This document shows, piece by piece, positions 52,256 to 62,580 of a DNA stretch of 64,000 nt (positions are counted from its first letter, which is position 1; every line of letters starts with the position of its first letter). A program made the translations under genes and the position numbers. A model generated the notes under the pieces. That model searched no databases. It worked only from the letters and a program-made list of their open reading frames with translations, and was not told the origin of the DNA. The stretch is from an uncultured delta proteobacterium (GTDB lineage Bacteria; Myxococcota_A; Polyangia; Haliangiales; Haliangiaceae), in assembly GCA_963848295.1 (NCBI GenBank), contig CAWKDB010000010.1:256001-320000 (forward strand), in the 5' to 3' direction.

Positions 52256-54862
52256 TTACGCCGCGTTCTCCTCGGTGTCGTCGACGCCGTCGCTCTTCCA
52301 GTCGCACTCCATGCAGCGCAGCTTGATCCCGCCCTTGGTCTCCTTGCGGAGCACGAACTTCGCGTTGCAGATCGGGCACGGCTGCGGGATCGGCTTGTCC
52401 CAGGCGACGAAGTCGCACTGCTTCTTCGCCCAGTTCGAGCACCCGTAGAACGGCTTGCCGCGACGCGACCGCTTCTCGGCGATGAACCCGCCGCAGCCGG
52501 GCTTCGGGCACTTCACGCCGAGCGAGATCGGCTTGGTCGTCTTGCACTCGGGGTACTTCGTGCACGCCAAGAACGAGCCGAACCGGCCGCGCTTGACCGT
52601 CATCGGCGCGCCGCAGGTCTCGCACACTTCGTCGGTGGTCTGCGGCGGGACCTTCTCCCACGTGCCGTCGAGGTTCTTCACGACCTCCATCGTGTTGCGG
52701 CACTCGGGGTAGCCCTGGCACGCCAAGAACGAACCGTTGCGGCCCCACTTGATCACCATCGGCTTGCCGCACTTCTCGCACACCCACTCGGTCGCGATCT
52801 CTTCGCGCTTGACGTCGCGCATCTCGGTCTCGGCTTTGTCGAGCTCGAGCTTGAACGGCGTGTAGAAATCGCCGAGCAGCTTGCGCCAATCCTCGGTGCC
52901 GTCCTCGACGTGATCGAGATCCGCTTCCATCTTCGCGGTGAAGTCCGCGTTCACGATCTCGGGGAAGCTCACGACCAGCAAGCCGTTGACCAGGATGCCG
53001 AGCTCGGTCGGGAAGAACCGCGCTTCCTTCTTCTCGACGTAGCCGCGATCGACGATCGTCGACATGATCGCGGCGTAGGTCGACGGCCGGCCGATGCCGC
53101 GCTCTTCGAGCTCCTTGACGAGCGACGCCTCGGAGAACCGCGGCGGCGGTTGCGTGAAGTGTTGTTCGGGCCGCACCGACTCGAGCACGATCGGATCGCC
53201 GACCTCCATCGCCGGCAACAGGCGATCCGCCTGATCGGCGGCCTCGGCCTTCGCGTCGTCGGTCTCGGCCACCTCGTAGACCTTCGTGTAGCCCGCGAAC
53301 TTCATGATCTGACCGGTCGCGCGCACCGTCGCTTGGCCGCGATCGATGTCGACCGTCGTCTGGTCGTAGACCGCGGGCACCATCTGCGACGCGACGAAGC
53401 GCTGCCAGATCAGCGTGTACAGCTTGGTCAGCTCGGTCGCTTCTGGATGGTTGACGAGCGCCGCGGCGACGCGCTCGGGTGGCCACTCGAGCTGGGTCGG
53501 CCGGATCGCCTCGTGGGCGTCCTGCGCGCGCTCTTTGTTGCCGTAGGTGTTCGGCTCGGCCGGCAGGTACTCCTTGCCGTACGTGTCGGTGATGTAGCCG
53601 CGCAGCGCGGTCATCGCGTCGTCGGAGATGCGCGTCGAGTCGGTGCGCATGTACGTGATGAGGCCGGTCGGGCCCTCATCGCCGAGCTCGACGCCTTCGT
53701 AGAGGCGTTGCGCCAGCGCCATCGTGCGCTTCGCCGAGAACCGGCACTTGCGCGCCGCGTCTTGCTGCAAGCGCGACGTGATGAACGGCGCCTGCGGCTT
53801 CTTGCGCCGCTCTTTCTTTTCGACCGAGGCGACCGTGCCGTTGCCGGCGCGCAGCTCGGTCGCGATCTCGTCCGCCGCGTCCTTGGTCTTCGGTTCGGCC
53901 TTCTCGCCCTTCCAGCGCCAGATCCGCGCGTCGAACGGCGGCGGCACCGGCGCGCGGCACGTGACGTCGACCGACCAGTACTCCTCGGGCGTGAACGCCT
54001 TGATCTCCTCTTCGCGTTCGCACACGAGGCGGACCGCGACCGATTGCACCCGGCCAGCCGACAGCCCGCGCTGGACCTTGTTCCACAAGATCGGGCTGAT
54101 CTTGTAGCCGACGAGCCGGTCGAGGATGCGGCGCGCTTGCTGCGCGTCGGTCTTGTTCATGTCGATCGCACGCGGCGCGGCGATCGCGTTCGTCACGCCC
54201 TTCTTCGTGATCTCGTTGATCAGGACGCGATGCATGTTCTTGTTCTCGCCTTTGATCTCCTCGGCGAGGTGCCACGCGATCGCTTCACCTTCGCGATCCG
54301 GATCGCTTGCGAGATACACGGTCTCGACCTCGCGCGCGGCCTTGCGAATCTCGATCAGGACCTTCTTCTTGCCCTCGATGACCTCGTAGGTCGGATCGAA
54401 CGTGCCGTGCTCCAGGTCGATCCCCATCTTCGACTTCGGCAGGTCGCGGACGTGACCGACCGACGCCTTCACGATGTAGTTCGCGCCGAGGTACTTGTTG
54501 ATCGTGCGCGCCTTCGCGGGCGACTCGACCACGACGAGCGCGGAGCCCGGCTTGACCTTCTTCGGCTTGCGGACGGGCTCGAGGACCTCTTCGGGCTCGG
54601 CGGCCTTGGCCGCCTTGACGGATTTCTTGGCCGCGCCCTTGCCCGGCTTGGCTTTCGCCCCCGCCTTCGCGGCTTTTCCCGCCTTCGCGGTCTCGGTCTT
54701 GCTGGCAGGCGCGGGAGCCGCCGGCGCCACTGCGACCTTGCCCCCCTTACCGGGCTTGGCCTTCGCGGCTTTCACCGCGGCGGCCCACTTCGCGCCTTTA
54801 CCGGGAGCTGCTTTGCCTTCGGACTTCTGGGCTTTCGCCGATGGCTTGTTCTTGTCTGTCAT
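52256..54862 (-). CDS. topA: DNA topoisomerase I
   Basis: LVVVESPAKA, DPDREGEAI, SAGRVQS, ITYMRTDS, GIGRPSTY, C-terminal Zn ribbons; Lys/Ala-rich N-terminal extension. Confidence 0.97.
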   Translation of the reverse strand: MTDKNKPSAKAQKSEGKAAPGKGAKWAAAVKAAKAKPGKGGKVAVAPAAPAPASKTETAKAGKAAKAGAKAKPGKGAAKKSVKAAKAAEPEEVLEPVRKPKKVKPGSALVVVESPAKARTINKYLGANYIVKASVGHVRDLPKSKMGIDLEHGTFDPTYEVIEGKKKVLIEIRKAAREVETVYLASDPDREGEAIAWHLAEEIKGENKNMHRVLINEITKKGVTNAIAAPRAIDMNKTDAQQARRILDRLVGYKISPILWNKVQRGLSAGRVQSVAVRLVCEREEEIKAFTPEEYWSVDVTCRAPVPPPFDARIWRWKGEKAEPKTKDAADEIATELRAGNGTVASVEKKERRKKPQAPFITSRLQQDAARKCRFSAKRTMALAQRLYEGVELGDEGPTGLITYMRTDSTRISDDAMTALRGYITDTYGKEYLPAEPNTYGNKERAQDAHEAIRPTQLEWPPERVAAALVNHPEATELTKLYTLIWQRFVASQMVPAVYDQTTVDIDRGQATVRATGQIMKFAGYTKVYEVAETDDAKAEAADQADRLLPAMEVGDPIVLESVRPEQHFTQPPPRFSEASLVKELEERGIGRPSTYAAIMSTIVDRGYVEKKEARFFPTELGILVNGLLVVSFPEIVNADFTAKMEADLDHVEDGTEDWRKLLGDFYTPFKLELDKAETEMRDVKREEIATEWVCEKCGKPMVIKWGRNGSFLACQGYPECRNTMEVVKNLDGTWEKVPPQTTDEVCETCGAPMTVKRGRFGSFLACTKYPECKTTKPISLGVKCPKPGCGGFIAEKRSRRGKPFYGCSNWAKKQCDFVAWDKPIPQPCPICNAKFVLRKETKGGIKLRCMECDWKSDGVDDTEENAA

Positions 54863-55668
54863 AACGACCTCGCTGAGCCCGAGAGCTCGAGCACGCCCAG
54901 AGCGCGGAGCACTGCGCGAACCGGCAACCCGGTCGCGCTGACGATCGAATCGACACCGCGCACGCCATCGGCGAGTGCGCGTTGGACGGTGGCCGCCTGC
55001 GGATCGAGCGGCACGACCTCGCGCACGAAGGTGCGCGGCTGGCCGGCTAGCGCGGCGAGCGCATCGGCGCAATCGGTGATGAGGGCTGCACCGCTCGCGA
55101 GCAACCGCTCGCACCCACGACTGCCCGGATAAGCCGCGACGACCCGGCCGAGCCTCGCGCCAGCCTTCGCGGTCGACAGCGAGCCCGAACCGAGGTCCGC
55201 TTCGACGACGATCACGACGTCGGCGAGCGCGGCGATCAACGGATTGCGCTGCGGGAACGTATGCGGTCGCGGCGCGGTGCCGAGCGGCAACATGCTGACC
55301 AGCCCGCCGCGGTGCGCGACCACGCGGTCGAACAAGGGAACGTGACGCGCGGGGTACGGCACGTCGATGCCGGTGCCGAGCACGACCGTCGTCGTGCCAC
55401 CCCCGGCGAGCGCTCCGCGATGGGCCGCGCCGTCGATGCCGAGCGCCCCGCCCGACACGACGTGAACCCCGCGAGCCGCAAGCCCCGCGGCGAGCTCGAA
55501 CGCGCGCTCCATCCCGGCCGCGGTGGCTGCTCGCGCACCGACGATCGCGACCCCCGGCCCATCGCTGGGCGAAGCTCCGCGCAGGTGGATCGCATGCCGC
55601 CAACCCAGCGCGCTCAGCCGCCGCGGATAGCTCGGGTCCCCTGGTTCGAGTACTGAAAACGCGGTCAC
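54859..55668 (-). CDS. dprA: DNA-processing protein DprA (short form)
   Basis: AIVGAR, VSGGALGIDGAAHRGAL, FPQRNPLIAAL, VEA...SGSL. Confidence 0.92.
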   Translation of the reverse strand: MTAFSVLEPGDPSYPRRLSALGWRHAIHLRGASPSDGPGVAIVGARAATAAGMERAFELAAGLAARGVHVVSGGALGIDGAAHRGALAGGGTTTVVLGTGIDVPYPARHVPLFDRVVAHRGGLVSMLPLGTAPRPHTFPQRNPLIAALADVVIVVEADLGSGSLSTAKAGARLGRVVAAYPGSRGCERLLASGAALITDCADALAALAGQPRTFVREVVPLDPQAATVQRALADGVRGVDSIVSATGLPVRAVLRALGVLELSGSARSL

Positions 55669-55774
55669 AAGGGGAATGGAATTAGCCACCCGACCCCTCG
55701 CCGTCAAGTCCGAGGGATCCGATTCGAGCAATTACAGCCGGTTGGCCGACCGCCCTACATTATGTAGTGGGCGG

Positions 55775-57028
55775 CTACTTCGCCTTTTGCATCATCACGA
55801 GGTCGCCGACCGCCATCTCTTGGACCGCGAGCGTGATGAGCCCGACCGAGATCTTGGCGCCGACCTCGACGATCACGATCTCGCCGAGCGAGCGGGCGGG
55901 AAACCGCCGGTCGTCCTGGCCGACCTTGCGGTCCATCTTCCCGGGATAGGCGTCGCCGCGGCGGACCACGAACATCCGGTTGCCGACCTCGATGCCAGAG
56001 GATTCCCCGAGGTCGACGAACACGAGCTCGCCTTGGCCGATCAGCTGGCCCGCCGACAGCATCGCGACGACGTTCCCTTGAGCGTCGACCTTCGGCGCGA
56101 CCGGCGGCACGTTCTTGAACTCCTTGATCAGCGGGCCGACCTTCGCGTGACGCTCGATCTCCTGTGTGACCTGCAGGATCACGCCCTTCGCGCGCTTGTC
56201 CTCGAGCACGCTCTGGACCTGCACCGTGCCGAGCAGGTGCACGTACGAGCCGACGTTCTCGCCGTGAGCCTTCACCGGATTGTCGGGCTTGTAGATCGAG
56301 TAGGTCTTGCCGACCTGCGGCGGCTTGTTCGGCGGATAGCTGAGGTAGACCTCGTCGCCGTTGCCGAGTAGCTGGCGCTCGTCGACGCCGCCCACGATCT
56401 CCATGGACTTGTCGAGGTCGGATTTCTCGACAAACGCGATCTGACGCAAGGCGACCTCGGTGTGCCTCGCCGGGGGTGGAATCGTTTCGGGCTTGGCCAG
56501 GTCCGGGACCTTGTCCGGTTGCGTCGCGTCGGGCTCGGACGCGAACACCCCGCGCGGCAACAACCGGACGAGGTCGCCTGGATAGATCCAGTGCGGGTTC
56601 GTGATCTGCGGGTTGTACGACCAGATCTTCGGCCATTGCCACGGATCGTTGAAGTAGTACCAGCAGATGTCCCACAGCGTGTCGCCGGTGCGGACGACGT
56701 GGTGATCGGGCGTCGCGCCATTGTTCGTCGGCCGCGACTCGGTGACCAAGCCGCCGGACCCGTCGTCGACGAAGTACCCGGTCGGGGCGCCGGGGAGCGC
56801 GTTGGTGTCGACGACCTTGCCGTCGGGCTGGACCACCACGACGTTCGGCTTCGACTCCGGCGGCGAAGCGGCTGGAGGCGCCTGCGATCCGGTCGCGCCC
56901 GGATCGAGGGTCACCGGCGCCGACGGGCCGGACGCCCCGGGGTAGACCGGCACTTGGGCGGACGCGGTCGTCGCGAGCGCGGCGACACCCAGCGCGGCCG
57001 CAGCGAGCACACGAGAGAGACGATTCAC
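55775..57028 (-). CDS. LysM peptidoglycan-binding protein
   Basis: Signal peptide; HVVRTGDTLWDI..WPKIWSYNPQITNPHWIYPGD. Confidence 0.9.
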   Translation of the reverse strand: MNRLSRVLAAAALGVAALATTASAQVPVYPGASGPSAPVTLDPGATGSQAPPAASPPESKPNVVVVQPDGKVVDTNALPGAPTGYFVDDGSGGLVTESRPTNNGATPDHHVVRTGDTLWDICWYYFNDPWQWPKIWSYNPQITNPHWIYPGDLVRLLPRGVFASEPDATQPDKVPDLAKPETIPPPARHTEVALRQIAFVEKSDLDKSMEIVGGVDERQLLGNGDEVYLSYPPNKPPQVGKTYSIYKPDNPVKAHGENVGSYVHLLGTVQVQSVLEDKRAKGVILQVTQEIERHAKVGPLIKEFKNVPPVAPKVDAQGNVVAMLSAGQLIGQGELVFVDLGESSGIEVGNRMFVVRRGDAYPGKMDRKVGQDDRRFPARSLGEIVIVEVGAKISVGLITLAVQEMAVGDLVMMQKAK

Positions 57029-57930
57029 GGCAACTCCAGCCGCTTTGCCGCGAGCGCCGCCGGTTCGCTCTTCGGATACAGCGTCACGACTTGCTCGAGC
57101 ACGGCGCGCGCTTTATCGGTTTGACCGAGCGCGAAGTAGCAGTAGCCAACCTTGAGCAGCGAATCGGGCACCTTGTTGCCTCGCGGATAGGTCTCGATCG
57201 TAGCGCGAAACTCGACGAGCGCTCGGTCGAACTCCTTCTGCGCGTAGAATGCCTCGCCGATCCAATACTGCGCATTGTCGGCGTAGTCGTGATGCGGAAA
57301 GTGCGCGATGAACGCGTGCAGCGCGGTGAGCGCGTCGGCGTAGTTGCCTTGCTTCACGAGCTCGACCGCGGCGCGGTATTCGACGCCGGCATCGCCCGCG
57401 CGATCGCTCGGCAGATCGCGATCGGCGCGGACGTGAGCCCGAGTCGCGCGCGCTGCCACCGGCATACGACGCGTCACTTCGAGGCGATCAGTCGTCGAGA
57501 CTTCGGGAACAGGCGCGACCGGATCGGGCGCGGCGGCGCGAGTCGATCGCTTCGGGAGCGCGGCGGTCGCGTCGTCGTCGAACGTCGCGGCCTTGCCGAG
57601 CGCGGCATCGCCTTCGTAGACGATCTCGCTGCCGTCGTCAGCGATGGCGACGACGCGTGCGCCGTCCGCTGCGACCGGCGCGGTCGTGCTGTTCGCTCTG
57701 ACGACCTCGACCGGCAGCGTCGGCACCGAGAGCTCGCCCGGCTCGGTTTCTTTCGCGAGCGCGAGCTGATGCTCGAGATCCTTGATCTTGCGATCTTGTG
57801 AGCGGCGATCGACGCGGAGCTCGGACACCGATGCGGTGAGCCGCCGATTGTCGTCGCGAACCGAGGACAGGGGCGACGCGCAAGCGCCGACCCCCGCAAC
57901 GACCAAGATCCACAGGCTCGATTTAATCAC
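57025..57930 (-). CDS. cpoB: Tol-Pal system protein YbgF/CpoB-like lipoprotein
   Basis: Lipobox VGAC, coiled coil, YADNAQYWIGE..YPRGNKVPDSLLKVG. Confidence 0.85.
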   Translation of the reverse strand: MIKSSLWILVVAGVGACASPLSSVRDDNRRLTASVSELRVDRRSQDRKIKDLEHQLALAKETEPGELSVPTLPVEVVRANSTTAPVAADGARVVAIADDGSEIVYEGDAALGKAATFDDDATAALPKRSTRAAAPDPVAPVPEVSTTDRLEVTRRMPVAARATRAHVRADRDLPSDRAGDAGVEYRAAVELVKQGNYADALTALHAFIAHFPHHDYADNAQYWIGEAFYAQKEFDRALVEFRATIETYPRGNKVPDSLLKVGYCYFALGQTDKARAVLEQVVTLYPKSEPAALAAKRLELP

Positions 57931-58001
57931 GGCCCCGAAATCGTAGAACCCCGCGACCACCGACGCAAAGTTTCTAGGGGGCGCGTCTATCGAAACGCTT
58001 A

Positions 58002-58937
58002 TTAAAGCCGCGTCGCGGCGAGGATGTCGCCCGCGCCTTGGGCGAGCAGGTCGTCGGCGAGTTGCTCGCCCATCATGATCGAGTCGGCCTGCCAACCGGC
58101 GACCTCGCCGCGCAAGATCTTCGTACCGTCCGGGAGCCCGCACATGCCGGCGATCACGAGCTCCTCGGTATCGAGGTCATACGCGGCGTGCGCCGCGAGC
58201 GGCGTCGTGCAGCTGCCGCCCATCTTCGACAAGAATGCGCGCTCCGCGATCACGCACGGCGCGGTCATCGCATCGTTGATCGCCTCGTAGGCCGCGGCCT
58301 CGACCTCGAGGTCGTCGGCGCGGACCTCGATCGCGAGCACGCCCTGCGCGACCGCCGGGATCGAGATGTTCATCGGCAGGAGCTGCGTGATCTTGTCGAC
58401 CATGCCGAGCCGGACGAGCCCCGCGGCGGCGAGCACGATCGCGTCGAACTCGCCCGCTTCGAGCTTGGCGATCCGGGTCGGCACGTTGCCGCGCAGCATC
58501 TTGATCTGCAGATCGGGCCGATGCGCGAGCAGCTGACACTGGCGGCGCATGCTCGACGTCCCGACGACGGCGCCCTTCGCCAGCGAGTCGAGATCGCCGG
58601 GGCCGCGCATGCACAGCGCATCCCAGGGCACCTCGCGCGATGACACCGCGGCGATCTTGAGCCCGGCGGCGAGCTCGGGCGGCAGATCCTTCATGCTGTG
58701 CACCGCGAGATCGGCAGTGCGCGCGAGCAACGCGTGCTCGATCTCTTTGACGAACAAGCCCTTGCCGCCGACCTTCGCGAGCGGGATGTCCTGGATCGCA
58801 TCGCCGGAGGTCTTGATGATCGCGAGCTCGACCTCGCAGCCCGGGCGCACCGCTTCGAGCCGCTCTTTGACGTAGTTGGCCTGCCACAACGCGAGCTGGC
58901 TGCCGCGGGTCGCTATCACGAAACGTCGTGCGGTCAC
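58002..58937 (-). CDS. hemC: Hydroxymethylbilane synthase
   Basis: ATRGSQLALWQA, GGKGLFVKEIE, VHSMKD, GTSS.RR, GSCTTP. Confidence 0.97.
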   Translation of the reverse strand: MTARRFVIATRGSQLALWQANYVKERLEAVRPGCEVELAIIKTSGDAIQDIPLAKVGGKGLFVKEIEHALLARTADLAVHSMKDLPPELAAGLKIAAVSSREVPWDALCMRGPGDLDSLAKGAVVGTSSMRRQCQLLAHRPDLQIKMLRGNVPTRIAKLEAGEFDAIVLAAAGLVRLGMVDKITQLLPMNISIPAVAQGVLAIEVRADDLEVEAAAYEAINDAMTAPCVIAERAFLSKMGGSCTTPLAAHAAYDLDTEELVIAGMCGLPDGTKILRGEVAGWQADSIMMGEQLADDLLAQGAGDILAATRL

Positions 58938-60304
58938 GCTTGTGCCTTTCGCTCGGCCGATGAGTCTGGCGGCTCCGGCGAAGGTCCGCCGGACTCCGGT
59001 TCTTCCGTGGGCTCGCTGCCGTCATCGGTCGCGAGCTCGAGCCCGAACAGATCGGCGAGCACGCTCGCGCGGAGCGAGCCTTCGTCCGCCGCGGAGCCGC
59101 GCAGCGCGGTCGTCGGTTGATGCAGCAGCTTGTTGATGACGAGGCGAATCGTCCGCTGCATCGCTTCGCGACTCTGCGCCGGGGTGTGCTCGCGCCGCTC
59201 GAGCGCATCGAGCGCCTTCTGCAGCTCTGCCTCGGCGACCGCGGTGAAGTGGCCGCGCAACGCGTTGATCGTCGGCACGACGCCGCGTGTTCGCTGCCAT
59301 TGCTCGAACTGTACGGCCTCGTGCTCGACGATCGCGCCGGCCTGGTCGGCGGCCTTCGCGCGATCGGCGAGCGTGCCGCGCACGACCTTCTCGAGGTCAT
59401 CGATGTCGTAGCGAAACACGCCGTCGATCTTCTCGATCTCGGGTTCCGCGTCGCGCGGCACCGCGATATCGATCACGACGACCGGCTTCCACCGGCGGGC
59501 CTTCATCACGCGCTTGAACAACGCGCGGGTCAGGACGGGCTCTCGCGCGCCGGTCGAGCTGATCACGACGTCCGCCTTCGCGAGCAGGCTCTCGAGCTCG
59601 GCCCACGGCGCGGCCACACCGTCGATCTCGTCGGCGAGCGCCGCGGCCTTGTCCGGCGAACGGTTCGTGACGACGATCTTCTCGGCCCCGTTGGTGTAGA
59701 GGTGGCGCGCCGCGAGCGACGACATCTTGCCCGCGCCGACGACCAGCACGTGCTTGCCCTCGAGCTTGCCGAACACGTTGCCCGCGAGCTCGACCGCGAC
59801 CGACGCGACGTTGGCCGAGCCGCGCGCGATCGTCGTTTCGGTCCGGACCCGCTTCGCGACCCGGAACGCGCGTTCGAGCGCGCGCGCGAGCACCGGCCCG
59901 GAGGTGCCGGCGCCACCTGCGAGCGCGTACGCCGCCTTGAGCTGGCCGAGGATCTGAGCCTCGCCGACGACGAGCGAGTCGAGCGACGACGCGACGCGGA
60001 ACACGTGGCGGATCGCCGCCGGCCCGCGATGGTCGTAGATCGCGTTCATGACCTCGGTCGACCGCGCCTTGCGATCATCGGCGAGGAACGCGCGGACCGC
60101 CGAGGCCGCATCCGCACCGGGCTTCGCGACGCCATAGAGCTCGACGCGGTTGCACGTCGACAGCAGCACGGCCTCGGCGACCGGCAGCGCGCCGGTGACC
60201 GCGGCCAGCACTGCGGTCAGCTCGTCCTCGCGAAACGCGAGCTTCTCGCGCACCGCAACCTCGGCGGTCCGCCACGAGATGCCCACGACGAACAGCTCGC
60301 TCAC
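58934..60304 (-). CDS. hemA: Glutamyl-tRNA reductase
   Basis: LSTCNRVE, SSLDSLVVGEAQILGQ, GAGKM, DIAVPRD. Confidence 0.95.
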   Translation of the reverse strand: MSELFVVGISWRTAEVAVREKLAFREDELTAVLAAVTGALPVAEAVLLSTCNRVELYGVAKPGADAASAVRAFLADDRKARSTEVMNAIYDHRGPAAIRHVFRVASSLDSLVVGEAQILGQLKAAYALAGGAGTSGPVLARALERAFRVAKRVRTETTIARGSANVASVAVELAGNVFGKLEGKHVLVVGAGKMSSLAARHLYTNGAEKIVVTNRSPDKAAALADEIDGVAAPWAELESLLAKADVVISSTGAREPVLTRALFKRVMKARRWKPVVVIDIAVPRDAEPEIEKIDGVFRYDIDDLEKVVRGTLADRAKAADQAGAIVEHEAVQFEQWQRTRGVVPTINALRGHFTAVAEAELQKALDALERREHTPAQSREAMQRTIRLVINKLLHQPTTALRGSAADEGSLRASVLADLFGLELATDDGSEPTEEPESGGPSPEPPDSSAERKAQA

Positions 60305-61110
60305 CCCAGCATCCGGCGTACGAGATAGATCGCGAGCACCGCGAGCGCGGTCGCGAACCCGGCGAGCGTCAAGCGCGCGGCGCGCCGGCCGCGCCAGCCA
60401 TAGATCTGCCGCGCGACGAGCACCGCCGCGAACGACAACCACGTCACGACGGCGAGCGCGTATTCGGGACGGTCGAGGTTCTCGCCGAGCCGCGCGGTCC
60501 ACATGGCGCCGAGCACGAGTGCGACCGTGAAGATCGGAAAGCCGACCCAGATCAAGCGATGGCTCATCCTGTCGAGCGGCTCGAGCGGGGTGGCCTTGTC
60601 CTTGAGCGCGAGCGAGTCGAACTTCTTGCGCTTGAGCGCGCGCTCTTCGACCAAGTAGATCGCGGACAGCGCGCCCGCGAGCGCGAACACGCCGACACCG
60701 ATCGTGGCGAGCGAGATGTGAATCCGGCCGAGCGCCGAGAAGTCCTGCGGCGACCCGGCCGGCGAGAGCCGCGCGCACAACAACAGCACGAGCGAGATCG
60801 GCATCACGACGACGCCGCCGAGCGTCAGCCGATAGCGGATGCTCGCGAGCAAGTAGCCGCCGGTCAAGATCCACGACAGGAACCCGAGTGCCTCGCGCAC
60901 CGACGCCGCGGGATGGACTCCGAGCGTGCCGCGCCAGCCGATATCGACGCCGTGCGCGACGAACGCGGTCGCGACCAGGGCGAGCGCGATCGGCCGCAAC
61001 TTCGTGCTCCCGGCGAGCACGGCAAACAGCGCAACCGCCGCTGCGGCATATGCGATCACCGCCACCCAGAACGCCGGCGATGGCGCCACGGATAGCAGCG
61101 GCGTCGTCAC
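60301..61110 (-). CDS. ccsA: Cytochrome c biogenesis CcsA-family membrane protein
   Basis: About 8 TM helices, conserved His (RIHI), GWRGRRAA; directly upstream of hemA. Confidence 0.8.
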   Translation of the reverse strand: MTTPLLSVAPSPAFWVAVIAYAAAAVALFAVLAGSTKLRPIALALVATAFVAHGVDIGWRGTLGVHPAASVREALGFLSWILTGGYLLASIRYRLTLGGVVVMPISLVLLLCARLSPAGSPQDFSALGRIHISLATIGVGVFALAGALSAIYLVEERALKRKKFDSLALKDKATPLEPLDRMSHRLIWVGFPIFTVALVLGAMWTARLGENLDRPEYALAVVTWLSFAAVLVARQIYGWRGRRAARLTLAGFATALAVLAIYLVRRMLG

Positions 61111-61406
61111 GGCGGCATCGGCTCGCCGATGAAGCCGTCGATCACATCGTAGGCGGTGTCGTTGTAGATCACCGAGCTCGAGACCTGCTCGGCGCCCATC
61201 TGATCGAGCGTTTGCTTCGACTTGACGAGCCCGACCAGTCCGTTCGGGTCATGATCCTGGCCGCTCGCGGTCACGAAGCACACCGCCGGCGTCATCGTGA
61301 ACGCACGGCCTAGCTCGGTCAGGGTCATCCGATCGCCTTCGAGCGTCGCCCGGCCCTCCGCCGTCCACGCATCGAGACGCTCTATCGAGATGAACAGGCG
61401 CGACAT
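61107..61406 (-). CDS. Hypothetical protein (99 aa)
   Basis: Natural-looking ORF MSRLFISIERLDAW..YDVIDGFIGEP overlapping the ccsA start. Confidence 0.65.
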   Translation of the reverse strand: MSRLFISIERLDAWTAEGRATLEGDRMTLTELGRAFTMTPAVCFVTASGQDHDPNGLVGLVKSKQTLDQMGAEQVSSSVIYNDTAYDVIDGFIGEPMPP

Positions 61407-61489
61407 CCGCTGTTTTATTGTACCAGCCCGGCGGGCAGGTTGCGGGGGCGGGTGTTCGGGGTTACATAACAGGACCACCGGAGGCAGCG

Positions 61490-61831
61490 ATGGCGAGCGC
61501 GAATGTCAAAGAGCTGACCGACACGAACTTCGAGGCTGAAGTCCTCAAAGCGGATGTCCCCACCCTCGTCGATTTCTGGGCCGTCTGGTGCGGCCCGTGC
61601 AAGCTGATCGCGCCGACCGTCGACGCTCTCGCCGACGAGTACAAGGGCCGCCTCAAGGTCGCGAAGATGGACGTCGATCACCATCAGATCGTGCCGCAGC
61701 AGTACCGCGTGACGTCGATCCCGACGCTGCTGCTGTTCAAGGGCGGCAAGGTCGTCGCGCAGCTCGTCGGTGCTCTGCCGCGAACGAAGCTCGAAGCCGA
61801 GATCCAGAAGCACCTCGACGCCAAGGCGTAG
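61490..61831 (+). CDS. trxA: Thioredoxin
   Basis: VDFWAVWCGPCK, SIPTLLLFK; GGAGG SD. Confidence 0.95.
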   Translation: MASANVKELTDTNFEAEVLKADVPTLVDFWAVWCGPCKLIAPTVDALADEYKGRLKVAKMDVDHHQIVPQQYRVTSIPTLLLFKGGKVVAQLVGALPRTKLEAEIQKHLDAKA

Positions 61832-61842
61832 AGCTAGGGCCG

Positions 61843-62580
61843 CTACACGGCGCGGTCTTCGCGATACAGCCGCAGCGCGAACTGTCCGGCGGGCGCGGCT
61901 CGCCAGGTCGCGATCTGCGTGCTCGCCTCGGCCGGAAGCTGGTCTGGAGTCGGCAGCCAGAACGGATGCTCGGCGGGCAACAGCACCGGCGTCATCAGCG
62001 ACGCGAACGTCAGATCGGCCACGGTGAACCGGTCGGCGACGAGGTAGCGCCGGCCGTCGGCCAAGACCGCCGCGACGCGCTCGAGCATCGCGTCGATCTT
62101 GTCGCGCGACCGCGCCACGCTCGCCGGCGAGATTCGCAGCCCGCGGCGCATGAACGCGACCGCCGCCGGACGTAGCGCGCGCAACGCGATCATCTCCCAG
62201 CGCGGCACGTCGTCGGCGAGCTTGCCGAGGAGCTCGCGCCGAGGCAACAGGTAGAAGTACGCCCAGCGCCGGGTCGCCGGTCCGAGCTCGCGATCGAAGG
62301 CGTCCTCGAGTGCGAGCGCTTCATCCCGGGCCGCGCCGTCGGGCAGCAGCACGCCCGCCTGCTGCTGCTCGGCCCAGATCACGATGTCCGACGAATCCGC
62401 GATCACGCGCGAGCGGTCGACCGCGACCGGCACCGTCCTGCGACCACCCGCGCGCAGCGCCGGCAGCCAATGGAACATCGGCAGATGGCCATCTTCGACG
62501 TAGTCGACGCCCGCGCGATCGAGCGCCCACCGCGCTTTCTCGCAGTAGTGCGAGAACGGGATCGTGATGAGCCGAACCAT
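61843..62580 (-). CDS. Glutathione S-transferase family protein
   Basis: ITIPFSHYCEKARWALD, TVPV, DSSDI, YLVADRFTVADLTFA. Confidence 0.9.
   Translation of the reverse strand: MVRLITIPFSHYCEKARWALDRAGVDYVEDGHLPMFHWLPALRAGGRRTVPVAVDRSRVIADSSDIVIWAEQQQAGVLLPDGAARDEALALEDAFDRELGPATRRWAYFYLLPRRELLGKLADDVPRWEMIALRALRPAAVAFMRRGLRISPASVARSRDKIDAMLERVAAVLADGRRYLVADRFTVADLTFASLMTPVLLPAEHPFWLPTPDQLPAEASTQIATWRAAPAGQFALRLYREDRAV

Noticed and set aside
52256..55603. 1115-aa TopA, and similarly extended ORFs at 19266-21851, 31612-33708, 58934-60874 and 3876-5246
   Set aside because: The extensions overlap upstream genes in another frame. Starts were reassigned to the coupled or promoter-proximal codons.
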